Assembly: GCF_006345805.1 (NCBI RefSeq)
Contig: NC_043005.1
Location: forward strand, 79,484,001-79,548,000
Direction of reading: 5' to 3'
DNA length: 64,000 bases
DNA from: Octopus sinensis
Taxonomy: Eukaryota
Below are positions 13,868 through 25,924 of this stretch, piece after piece (positions within the stretch are counted from its first letter, which is position 1; each line of letters starts with the position of its first letter). The notes under the pieces were generated by a model. The model saw nothing but the letters and a program-made list of their open reading frames with translations, was not told the origin of the DNA and ran no database searches. A program made the position numbers and the translations under genes.

Positions 13868-14097
13868 TTTAATCCAAACATGAAAACACAAACAGAAAAC
13901 ACAACAATGCGAGGACGTGGAACAAGTATAGGGTTATTGCACGCCCAGGAGAGGAAAGAAAGAATGACGATTTAACGTTTCGAGCGGAGCTCTTCGTCAG
14001 AAACATAGGAAAAGGAAAGATCCAAGGAAGGGAAGACGGAGGACAAAAATCGCGAACGATTCACACGCGGTCACATATTGAATGCATATTTGCTTAT
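13868..14097 (-). mobile_element. ~230-bp non-coding hammerhead-bearing repeat between (TA)n tracts (Penelope pseudo-LTR-like)
   Basis: Homologous to 17990-18126 in the opposite orientation; contains a hammerhead core. Confidence 0.7.
13970..14004 (-). ncRNA. Minimal type I hammerhead ribozyme motif
   Basis: tgttt-CTGACGA-a-GAGC-tcc-GCTC-GAAAC-GTT-aaat: intact core, stem II, palindromic AACGTT stem III, short stem I. Confidence 0.75.
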
Positions 14098-14100
14098 GTA

Positions 14101-14163
<63 letters not shown>

Positions 14164-14276
14164 GCGTGGAGGCGTGTCTATTATACGATAATAATATAGA
14201 TATATGAGAGACTTAAAGTGCAATGTAGCTCGAAATTGTATAATATATAAATATATATGTATGTATATATATATAC

Positions 14277-14318
<42 letters not shown>

Positions 14319-14619
14319 TTGTGTGTATGTATGTATTTGAAGAGGGAAGAGGGCAATAAGGTCTTGGTGCGCTGTTGTTGAGAAAGGGAAAAGACACACG
14401 AAATATTGTGAGCAGAGATTGCTTTCTATTACAAACCATGCACACGTGGTGCGAAAATCAATACGATGAGAGTTAACGATACGAGAGTATATCACAGCGG
14501 GCGACTCTTTCGTCAGAATATATTTTTCACACCCAAAATTTAGCCAGCGATTCTATAAAAAAATATACATAAATAAAGAATTGAAAATGTAAAAGAAAAA
14601 GAAAAAAAACACGAACCAA

Positions 14620-14661
<42 letters not shown>

Positions 14662-14677
14662 TAATAATAAAAATATT

Positions 14678-14741
<64 letters not shown>

Positions 14742-14830
14742 TGATAACAATAATGAGAAGAAGAAGAAGAAGAAGAAGAAGAAGAAGAAGAAGAAGAAGA
14801 AGAAGAAGAAGAAGAAGAAGAAGAAGAATG
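14620..14830. repeat. (AAT)n followed by (AAG)n microsatellite
   Basis: Direct reading. Confidence 0.95.
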
Positions 14831-15644
14831 AAAGCAGAGTGATCAGTGTGAAAAATATAAAAAGAGAAAAAATGGTAATATTTCAGAGATCTTGTTTTAT
14901 TGTGAGATGAATTAACTGTAAATGGATGGTAGAAATAAATTAACCGGAAATAAAGGAAACGTGTACAGGAAGCGTCGAGATGGTTGCCTAATAGAAGATA
15001 GAAGATGATTACAAATGCACATGCATATAGACATGGCCGTACAGACGCTGTGCTATGCGCACGCGCACTCACACATAAAAGATATACACATTTGACTATG
15101 TATTATGAATGTATGTATGTATCTATCTATCTATTTATTTCTCTACGTTGATATATCATTATCATATGTTTTGATATATTGCGTTTGTATGTGTATATAT
15201 AGATATAAGTTATATATATATATATATACATGCTACTATGTTGACACAAATAGCTGTTATGAAAACAATATATATTAGCTATTTGCATACGCACACACAC
15301 ACATACATACACACATATATATATATGTATATGCACATATATATGTATATATATATAATATATGTGTATATATGTATATGTATATGAGTATACATATATA
15401 TTCATACATATTTATATATAGATAGATATATACATACATGTTATGTATATATATATATATACACATACATAATTACATATCTATCTATCTATCTATATAT
15501 ATATATATATATATATACATATAGAGATAGATAGATAGATGTTTCTATGTATATATATATATATGTGTGTGTATGTGTGTGTGTTTGTGTGTGTTTGTGT
15601 GTGTTTGTCTCTGTGTGTGTCGAGTTAAAATATATCAAGTATAA

Positions 15645-15760
15645 GTACCTAGATATGCTTCTATATATTATATACATATGTAGAAGCTGATTGAATATAT
15701 GAGCTGATCAGATCAGCTCATATTGCAGGGCTTTATTCATACGAGCATATCTACGGGTAC
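15645..15760. repeat. Palindromic mini-element; related copy at ~16262-16375
   Basis: Outer IR gtacc.tagatatgct/agcatatcta.cgggtac; inner perfect 13-bp IR at 15697-15723. Confidence 0.6.
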
Positions 15761-16162
15761 CTGTACTCTAGGCCCTTATATCCATTATTCAAGCCTACTA
15801 ACCTATATTCTTCCAGCAGAACATTTTGAAGATATTTTTATTTAGTTGTGTGATAGTTAAGTTTTCTTAACGTTAAATCAAACTTTCTACTCCGTTTCTC
15901 TTCGTATTTTATTTTTAACAATCCTGATGTTATTAGCTAACTTTCTGGTTAGACAGCTACGTTTGTAGTTCCACCGCGGCTGGTATAGTGAATATTTATC
16001 TAAACATTTACGTGTCCCGGGAGATGATTGATTTTTCGTCATATGCTACATGTGAATAGCTTCTTCTCGTTGGTTCTATCCGTAAAGCTATCGTGTTATG
16101 TCGCTACGTTCACTCAGTATTTAAATGGCTCGCTCTGACGAACTAAGTATGTCTCTATTATG

Positions 16163-16261
<99 letters not shown>

Positions 16262-16394
16262 GTTAAGATACATGAAATATAAGTACCCAGATATGCCTCT
16301 ATATACGCTTATAGAAGGTGATTGAATATGTTGATCAGATCAATACATATTGCAGGCCTATATTTATACAAACACATACATACACATGCATATA

Positions 16395-16426
<32 letters not shown>

Positions 16427-16427
<1 letters not shown>

Positions 16428-16840
16428 TCTTTTACACTTTTACTTGTTTAAGTCATTTTCACTGTGGCCATGCTGGACACCGTCATTAGTCGAGCAAATC
16501 GACCAAGGACTTATTCTTTGTAAGCCTAGTACTTATTGTATCAGTCTCTTTTGCCAAACCTTTAAGTTACGAGGCCCCAACAACACCACTATCGGTTGAC
16601 AAGCAATGTTGGGGGAACAAACACAGACACACAAACATATACACACATACGTATATATATATATACATATATATATTTACGACAAGCTTCTTTCAGTTTC
16701 CGTCTACCCAATCCACTTGCAAGGCTTCGGTCGGCCCGAAGCTATAGTCGAAGACACTTGCCCAAGGTGCTACGCAGTGGGACCGAACCTGGAACGATGT
16801 GGTTCGTAAGCAATCTACTTACCACACAGCCACACCTACG

Positions 16841-16843
<3 letters not shown>
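16427..16843 (-). mobile_element. SINE family A, full length
   Basis: tRNA-like head at 16780-16843, ccttgggcaagtgtcttc segment (CORE-like, by inference), internal microsatellite, (aaagag) tail. Confidence 0.9.
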
Positions 16844-16938
<95 letters not shown>

Positions 16939-17775
16939 AACGGGAAGCTTTATGAAAATAGACAAAAGACGAAGGCAAGTGGAAACAAACGAACAATTGT
17001 ATTTGTATATATATATATATATATATATATACGCACACGCGCATCTATATTACATCGAATGAGCTATTTCCCGTAGAAACTTGAAATATCACACCAGTAA
17101 TCCTGTTAATAACGCATCTCTCTAATTTCTACTCTTACAGCAGTTCCTTTTATTCCCGAACTCTGCTCTCGCTTGGTATCCCTATTGAATCGCACTCGGA
17201 AACTTTCGGTTGATCGTCTACCATTCATAACCTTCCTATGCCTTACCGCAAAGATCAAGTCTTGCGTTAAGTTTCCTGCTTCTTTTGATTGTGTGCAACA
17301 GTCTGAGGACAAACCTCGCAGCACCACGTTGCTTACTCACTTTTAGTTGACAATCTTCAAATTGTGTCTCTAACTTATTCCATTCACATCGGAGAACCGA
17401 CAGGTTGATCAGTGAACGTCTTCGTGTATAAGTTCACATAGTTTTCCGCAAATTTACTGCGCTTTTCTAATGATCGATAGTTTTGAGTGCGCATTAGATT
17501 GAACCCACTTTCCACCGCCCTTAAAGTGAAGAATGTTCACTAATAGCCTAAGAATGCATTTTTTGTTTCAGTATCCTACTTACCGAGTTCTATGCCAAAG
17601 TCAATAACAGTTATAATAATGATTGCAAAACGAATTTAATACGCCATTAAAACATGCGTAGTAATTAAATACAATATAATAGGAAGCCCGATGGTTGTCC
17701 GATACTGTAGACTGCATAACAATAATCGTAATTAACGTGTTACAATTGAACTAAACAGCCACAGAACAGGGGTCT

Positions 17776-17848
<73 letters not shown>

Positions 17849-17989
17849 CTCCCTTACACACACGCCCACAGACGCCCACACACACATATGCGCATACGGA
17901 TATGTTTTTGTATCAAGTTTCAGTCCAAGGGCTGTGGCCATGCTGTGGTCTAGCGTACTAACAATTCTACGAGTACACCGTAGAATTTA

Positions 17990-18126
17990 TATATGCATTC
18001 GATATGTGACCGCGGGTGCATCGTTGGCGATTTTTTTCCTTCGTCTTCCCTTCCTTGGATCATTCCGTTTTCTATGTTTCTGGCGAAGAGCTTCGCTCGA
18101 AACGTTAATTAATATTCCTTTCTCCT
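17990..18126 (+). mobile_element. Second copy of the hammerhead-bearing repeat, core CTGGCGA variant
   Basis: Aligns to 13968-14092; motif at 18076-18110 is CTGGCGA-a-GAGC-ttc-GCTC-GAAACGTT. Confidence 0.7.
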
Positions 18127-18824
18127 ATGGGCAGAAGGCCTTAAATCTTGTGGTTGGGTTGTGGTCACCTACATCGACCTCAGTGTTCGAATGCTACTTA
18201 ATTTATCGTCAAAAGTGAGTCAAAAGAAAGTTGACCTCGTTGTAATCAAAATGCTTCTAAGCATTCTATTCGTCATGCTATCAAATCAGTCAGCTCACCG
18301 CTTCTATATCGAATACTACAATTCTACAATTGGCAGAAGTCCTTGAATATTTTGGAAGGGCTTTTGTCGATTAGATAGACCCCAGATCCTGACTGGTACT
18401 TATTATATCGACCCCGTGAAGATGAAAGGCAAGGGGATCCCGACATAGGATTTTCCTCATTTTTCATATTTTTCTATGGCAGCACTCATAGACATGGAAC
18501 TTACATGTCTCCTAATTTCTACAGAATCAGAAAATGTTTTTGTTTTTCGCTTTTTCCCATTGTCCTGTTTCATTAATTATAAATTTGTGCCATAAAGTTG
18601 TCGCTATCTTTCCTACAGTTCAGCTATTTAATCAACGCAAATAAGCATAACAGTTTCTAATAGTTACCAATCTGTGTGTATACACATGGAAGCAAGCACC
18701 TATCTACATACACTCACACACAGAAATAGATAGTAAATATATGTATAAGGTGTTTTTATTTCATTTTGGTATTAGAGTTTCTTTAAAATCAAAATTCAAA
18801 GCAAAAGCAAATAACAGGTTGGCA

Positions 18825-18842
18825 ATTTTATTATTATTGTTG

Positions 18843-18912
<70 letters not shown>

Positions 18913-18938
18913 TATTATCATTATTATCATCATCATCA

Positions 18939-19014
<76 letters not shown>

Positions 19015-19017
19015 CAA

Positions 19018-19061
<44 letters not shown>

Positions 19062-19068
19062 TTATTAT
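18825..19068. repeat. (TTA)/(TCA)n microsatellite
   Basis: Direct reading. Confidence 0.95.
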
Positions 19069-19623
19069 TGAGTGAGAGAGCAGTGCATGCCATCAAAGTG
19101 ACACTGGGGTACAAATATACGAAGCCCAGTACACCCATCATGACTACCCGTCTGATAAGTGTACACCAGGCACATGCATCACACGCATATGTGCGCGACA
19201 TGGTGATCTCATATCAAAATAGAAAGCACATTACCTTGCAGGTGGGGCCCAGCTAGAATTGTCTTCTGGTCGAGTAACCCATCCTGCTCAAAAGATCTCT
19301 GAATAAGGTTTGTTTAAGAATGTTGAACCAAACACCCATGTTTCCAGAGGTGAATTATTCAAACTCCAAAGAATCTCTCTTAACACATGGCTATGATGCT
19401 CCCCCACTATTTCTGCTCGTGATCAGAGATGCACATATAGTCAGCCACTAAGGGACATGCTCAACTGGTTAAGGTCAAACAACTGACAAGCAAATCTGTG
19501 GTATTGAGCAGAATATTTGCTATAGCCCATCTTTTATACCAAGACAAAACAACGTACATAATAACAGTCCTAATCAGTTAAGATCAGGAGCCATGAGAGC
19601 CACTGCCTGGTACAGCATCAGGG

Positions 19624-19625
<2 letters not shown>
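19069..19625 (-). mobile_element. Family D: ~555-bp non-coding element inserted in (TAA)n, copy 1
   Basis: Full-length homology to 26653-27201; (TTA)n on both flanks; strand assigned only by analogy to the Dong-like LINE. Confidence 0.85.
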
Positions 19626-19671
<46 letters not shown>

Positions 19672-19879
19672 CATCATTATTATTATTATTATCATTTGCA
19701 GTGGAGAAGCGAATATGATCAAGGGCTAGATGATATGTTCTTTGGTGTAATCTCTCCAGCATCAACTTTTATTCTTTTTTTTATCCATCCATATTTGACG
19801 GACGAAATGCTTCTAAGCAGTTTATCTCACGGGCTAACGCTTCTATCAGCTCTCTGCCTAAATAATTCTTGCCACTACA

Positions 19880-21479
19880 TGCACAAGGTCTGAGATTACT
19901 TTTGGTGGGGAGGGCTTGTCGATTACATCGATCCCTAGTATTCAGCTGATACTTTAGTTTATGGATCCCAAACGGCTGGAAGAGAAAGTCGATATCTAGA
20001 GAATTGGAATCCGGAATAAAAAAACCGGAAGAAATGCTGCCATGGTTCTTTTTTTTTCTGGCGTGCTAACGATTCTGCTAGTTCACGGTCTTAAAATCCG
20101 TTCTACTGTATACAGAAGGCCTGCATCTTTGGAGGAGGGGATAGTCGATTACAGCGACTCCAGTGTTTCGACCCCCAAATGGATGAAAGTCAAAGCTGAC
20201 CTTGATAGAATTTGAACTGGTAACGTAAAGTCTAAAGCATTGCCGCTTAGCATTTTGGCCGGCGTGCTAACGATTCTGCCATCTTACCGTCTTTTTTGCC
20301 GCCTTAACAGTAATAAATTAAAAATCTGTCACAAAGCCAGAAATTCCTGAGGAGGGTGTAGGTCGACTATATTAACCCCAGTACTCAACTAGTACTTATT
20401 TAATCCACCTCGGAAGGACGACAACAAAAGTCAACCACGGCGAAATTTGGACTCAGAACACGAAGAGAGACGAAATACAGCTAAGCATTTTTTGTCCGAC
20501 AGGGTAACAATTCTGCCAGCTTGCCGCCTTTACAACATTTTGGCACAAGGCCAGAAATTTCGGCGAAACACTTAAGTCGATTGGATCGACCTCAGTACTT
20601 AAGCGTTACATATTTTATGGGATGAAAGGTAAAGTCGACCTCGGCGGAATTTGAACTCAGGATTTGCAAGACGAGTGAAATGCAGTTAAGCATTTTGGCC
20701 GTCGTGCTAATGATTCTACGAGCTACCCCCACTCCTTGATAATCCTTTCTACTAAAGAAAGAAGGCCTGAAATTTGAAGGGAAGGGCATAATCGATTACA
20801 TTGACCCCATCGTTTCACTGGTAATTAATTTTTCGACACCTAAGGGATAAAATGTAAAGTCGACCTCGGTGAAATTTGAACTCAGAACGTAATGAAATAG
20901 CGCTAAGCATTTCATCCGGCGTGCTAACAATTCTGCCTGCTCGTCGCCTTATTAATAATATGTAATATATTCATGAAAATTTCTTTAAATTAGAACGAAA
21001 TTTTAAAACAAATGATGGTGGTGGGGTTTAGTAAGCGATTACTGAATTTTATAATGGTAAAATTATACATTTCTTTACTACCCACAGGGGTTAAACATAG
21101 AGGGGGCAAACAAGGACAGACAAAGGGATTAAGTCGATTACATCGACCCAGTGCGTAACTGGTACTTTATTTATCGACCCCGAGAGGATGAAAGACAAAG
21201 TCGACCTCGGCGGAATTTGAACTCAGAATTTGACAGACGAAATACCTATTTCGTTACTGCTCACAAGGGGCTAAACACAGACATGACAAACAAGGACAGA
21301 CAAACGGATTAAGTCGGTTATATCGAACCCAGTGAGTAACTATATTTATTTAATCGACCCCGAAAGGAAGAAAGGCAGAGTCGACCTCAGCGGAATTTGA
21401 ACTCAGAACGTAGCGGCAGACGAAATACGGCTAAGCATTTCATCCAGCGTGCTACCGATTCTGCCTGCTCGCCACCTTA
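19880..21479 (-). mobile_element. Cluster of at least 7 co-oriented SINE family B units
   Basis: Repeated cgtgctaacgattctgcc / aaagtcgacctcggcggaatttgaactc motifs at ~20080, 20270, 20510, 20710, 20930 and a dimer at 21069-21479. Confidence 0.88.
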
Positions 21480-22164
21480 TTTATATGTAATATATTCATG
21501 ACAATTTCTTTAAATTAGAACGAAATTTTTTAAAAAATGATGGTGGTGGGGCTTAGTAAGCGATTGCTGGATTTTATAATGGTAAAATTATAACCTATTG
21601 TACAACATTGAATCAATCGACTTCAGTCTTTATTTAAAGACACAAGAAGCAATACAATGGAGCACGACATGTCTTCATTGTCAGTTATTATTTCTGTGAA
21701 CAATGCGGAATGTTATAGTGTCACAGATTCAAATACGAAATCAAAAATTAAATAAAAATATTACAATACGAACACAACAGAGAGAAAATGGATTATGAGA
21801 CCAGATCTGCTTCAACACTGGCCGGATTATTGATGTTTTCTTGACACTCGACCGCATACTGTTCTGCCAGCATTCAGCATTTCTTCCAGCGAATGGTAAT
21901 CAATTAATGATGCTGGCTCCCTTTTATGCTAACGTGACGCATACCCCTCTCTCTCCCGCTTCGCTTCTCTCTTATTCTCTCCGTCTCTCGCTCTCCGTGT
22001 TCCTCTCTTATTGCTCTCCCTCGTCTCTTCTCACCCCTATGCATGACATATCTTCTTTGTCAATCTTTCGTTTAAATACCTCAAACATTTAACCTCATCA
22101 TTTTTATTTGTTGATATTTATTTTTTGCTATATTCTCTATTCAGTATAAATAGTATTATTACAA

Positions 22165-22195
<31 letters not shown>

Positions 22196-22236
22196 GTGTG
22201 TATATATGTATATATATGTATATGTGTGTATGTATG

Positions 22237-22284
<48 letters not shown>

Positions 22285-22343
22285 TATATACATATATATA
22301 TACATATATACATATATATTCATATCTCTATATGAAATATATG

Positions 22344-22391
<48 letters not shown>

Positions 22392-22479
22392 TGTATGTAT
22401 ATATGTATATATACATATCTGTGTATGTGCGTGTGTCAGCGTATCTATACATACATATATATATACATACATACATAAA

Positions 22480-22528
<49 letters not shown>

Positions 22529-22531
22529 ATA

Positions 22532-22564
<33 letters not shown>

Positions 22565-22600
22565 GTACGTGTGTGTGCGTATGAAACTTCGATATGTGTG
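22165..22600. repeat. Long (TA)/(TATG)/(TG) microsatellite
   Basis: Direct reading. Confidence 0.95.
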
Positions 22601-23059
22601 CGTGTGTGAATGTTGTTGCTATTGTGTAGCTTTTGCCTCACTCGTTACTGTCAACTTCTCTTTAATTCACACATATTTTCTTGAGCTTTGATTTTGAATT
22701 TTGTTTAATTGTTTTTCTTCGACGCTTAAAATATCATTCCTCCACCTGAGCATCGTGTTTCGGATTTGACATTCTTTTCGAATATCGAAATAATTTTGGA
22801 AGCATTTGTTAGCTGAATGTATATGACAGAGAGCCAGACACAAAGTAATCGCCAGTTCAGTTCTTGTCAGAAATATATATGTATATACACAAAAGTGATT
22901 TCGAAGGGATAAGTAATCCTGGTGTTTCCTCTTAAATCAGTTTCGTATGCCGGATAATGTTGGTGACACCTGAGTTAGCAATAAGCTGTTACACCCTGGT
23001 GATTTTCCTCGCTTGACAAATACGAGTGTTTTACTCAGGATTGCATGGTTTCTAGTATT

Positions 23060-23372
23060 GTGGAGGCGCAATTGCCCAGTGGTTAGGGCAGCGGACACGC
23101 GGTTGTAGGATCACGGTTTCGATTCCCAGACCGGGCGTTGTGAGTGCTTATAGAGCGAAAACACCTAAAGCTTCACGCGGCTCCGGCAGAGGCTGGCAGC
23201 GATCCCTGCTGAACTCTTTCGCCGCAACTTTCTCTCACTCTTTCTTCAGTAGGCCTGATCGCTTAGCCGGCGGGGTGGCATCATTTGAAGGCTAAAACAA
23301 TGCGAGGCGCATTGTGACTCAGCGATGTGTAGCAAAATCTGATAGCCATGTCAGTCACGTGATCACGTGAAG
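23060..23372 (+). mobile_element. SINE family C, tail type iii, with 10-bp TSD
   Basis: A/B boxes (tgcccagtggtt; gtttcgattcc); TSD ttctagtatt at 23050-23059 and 23373-23382. Confidence 0.9.
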
Positions 23373-23377
23373 TTCTA

Positions 23378-23925
23378 GTATTAATGATAATCAGGCGTAC
23401 GGAGATTTTTCACATATATGATATTATTTAAAATACTGTAAATAACTGTTTAATAAATTCCTTAATGTCAAATATCTCCGTTCTCCTGATCATTATTAAT
23501 ACTTCATAGCATCACCACACATTCCACTATATCAACAGCCACACGTTACAAACGCACACACTCACACACGTCAGAGTCACTAGCCCTTATTCACACACAC
23601 GCACTTACACTTTTACACACACCATTCTAACATGCACACGCACGCATACGTATTTTCATTTGGGATCACCAGCACTTTATTATCTCCCTTTTTGTCAACC
23701 CCTTCTTTCGAACCTGATTTTTTCTAATCATTCGCCATGATTCACCGCTAAATCTACAAGATTCTTTCTTCATTCTCTCATTGTATATTCTCTCTTATTC
23801 CTTTCTGTTGAGGAGCGTAGGCTGGAAACGTAGAACTTTCCATTTTACCGAGCGTCGAACTAATATACCTGCTTGGTCTTCATACACCTGTCTTCGTCTT
23901 CTGTTTTTCTATAAATTTGAGCAAC
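23378..23925 (+). mobile_element. Non-coding repeat with 5' inverted repeat and degenerate hammerhead motif
   Basis: 38-bp IR at 23378-23415/23465-23502; CTGTTGA-g-GAGC-gtag-GCTG-GAAACGTA at 23805-23832; ends in (CATA)/(TA)n. Confidence 0.5.
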
Positions 23926-24004
23926 ATACATACATACATACATACACACATACATACATACATACAAACATACATACATACATACATATATATATATGTA
24001 TACG

Positions 24005-24040
<36 letters not shown>

Positions 24041-24249
24041 ATAATTGGAGTATATCAAATACTTTTACTTTCGACATATTTAAAAATAAGGAGTTACAAC
24101 CTCTTGCGTTTTGCTACCCTGGTAACTACTTATTTTTTCCGTGTTAATTGTTAACAAGGCAAAATACACTCATCTATTTATATATAAATATAGATAGATA
24201 GATATATATATACATATATACTCAGACACATATATATATAAATATATTG

Positions 24250-25690
24250 TTGTATTTGGGGATGGTCATGTTGCCAGTTTAGCCAATAAAACACACACAC
24301 TATATATTTGGTGTTAATTCGCTTCAGTTTTATTTTATTTTTTACATTATTTCTATTTCGACGAGAGTTCTTTCGTCATATATCTGTGACCTCATCAGTG
24401 GTCCTTTGCTTTCTTCTTTCTTATCTGTATGTCTTCCTTACTAACGATCAGCCATTTTGTATTTTGTATTCCTACTGTATGTGTCTTTATTTGCGCATGT
24501 GTATACACCTATGTGTGTCTATGTTTAGTAAGTGCGTGTGGTGGGGAGAGTGCCTATTTATACACGTTCATTTAATTTGCTTTTATTTAGTTTTGTTCAT
24601 GTGCTTATATCTATTTTTTATTCTCTTTTTTTTGTATTTAATTTAATATAATTTTGTTAACGTATATAGTTATTTAATTCCATTTGTTTATCTGTGGATT
24701 GTATTCTATTTTGTTCATACTGTTATCAGTTTATGGGCTTCTTATTCTGTCATATGTTGTGGTGTGTTGGGGTGTGTGCTAGTGTTCCATTCCAGTTTCC
24801 TATTCAGACTAGGTTGGTCTTCTATTATGTGGCTAGCTTCTGTAATTTGCCTAAGCATTGCATCTGTTCTATGTATGGACAAGATTTTAACTTCTGTGTT
24901 GTTGAGTGAGCCCCCGTGTTCCTGCTCGGCGTGGTGGTGCAGAACCGATGAGATTTTCTTGTCCTTAAATTCCCTCCAATGTCATTTACCCGCTCTCCTA
25001 TACTCCGTGTTGTTTCCCATGCGTACGTCATTCTGTACAACTTATACTATATACTGCATATCTGACTTTACAATTTGTTTGTGGGTTAAATCTAAATACA
25101 ATACAGTTCCTATCAGTGCATGGGATTCTGCTAAAGGATTCTACCGATTATGGATTTCATAGTTTTGCCTGGCCTTTCAACAACCTTAATTCTTAGCTTA
25201 AGTTCGTCTAGGGCCCTTCTAAAGCGGTACGCCAGTTCGCCTCTATGGGTGGTGTCGACGAACATGAGACTCGGGTATTTGTGGCTATCATACTATGAGT
25301 TGGCCTTCCCTATTTTCTTCTTAGTCCTTTCAATAGTGTTCCATGGCTTCCTCCTATAGAGTGGGTAAATCCCATTCCTATCGTTACGTATGATAGCTTC
25401 AAATTTCTTCATACCTCCTTTATATACTCTGATACTTTCTTTATGGCTGTAACCTGAGAGCTGCATGCGGTGATTAACATATTGTATGCGTCTCTTTAAC
25501 TCTGTAGGGTCGCACATGCGAGACACATTTCGCATTACTCTGATGAGGTCTGCCATCGATGTATTGAATTTGGCATTGTCACCGATAGCTGAGTTCCGGT
25601 GGATCAGGTATTCAGAAGCCATAGGTTTGGCATAGTGTGAAAGAAGGATTCGGGTTTCATTATTCTCAGGACCGCACACGCGCGCGCACA
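24250..25690 (-). mobile_element. Penelope-like element (Neptune-like), 5'-truncated: RT C-terminus, GIY-YIG endonuclease, 3' repeat
   Basis: YLIHRNSAIG..KFNT..ADLIRVMRN (RT thumb), IKVVERPGKTM linker, C-x-C region, AVYSISC...ETTRSIGERV, HHHAEQEH, RQITEASHI...LNRKLEW. Confidence 0.88.
24360..24404 (-). ncRNA. Hammerhead ribozyme motif in the Penelope 3' repeat
   Basis: ggacca-CTGATGA-g-GTCA-cagatata-TGAC-GAAAGA-ac-TCT-C; stem I imperfect. Confidence 0.7.
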
Positions 25691-25767
25691 TGTATATATA
25701 ATATTATTTGATAGTAACAGATGGATTTCGTACTAGATTTTTATTACGTATATTTGTCTAAATTTTC

Positions 25768-25816
<49 letters not shown>

Positions 25817-25874
25817 GTTGTTGTTGTTGTTGTTGTTGTTATTATTATTATTATTATTACTATTACTATTATTA

Positions 25875-25921
<47 letters not shown>
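25768..25921. repeat. (TTA)/(TTG)n microsatellite
   Basis: Direct reading. Confidence 0.95.

Positions 25922-25924
<3 letters not shown>

Noticed and set aside
17060-17560. Unique, moderately GC-rich stretch with short ORFs and a GTGAGT donor-like site
   Set aside because: No recognisable protein motif, and frames close quickly; cannot support an exon call.
23060-23140. tRNA genes at SINE heads (also 30178, 46840, 55078)
   Set aside because: A/B boxes are present but cloverleaf stems are broken and the sequence continues into SINE bodies bounded by TSDs.
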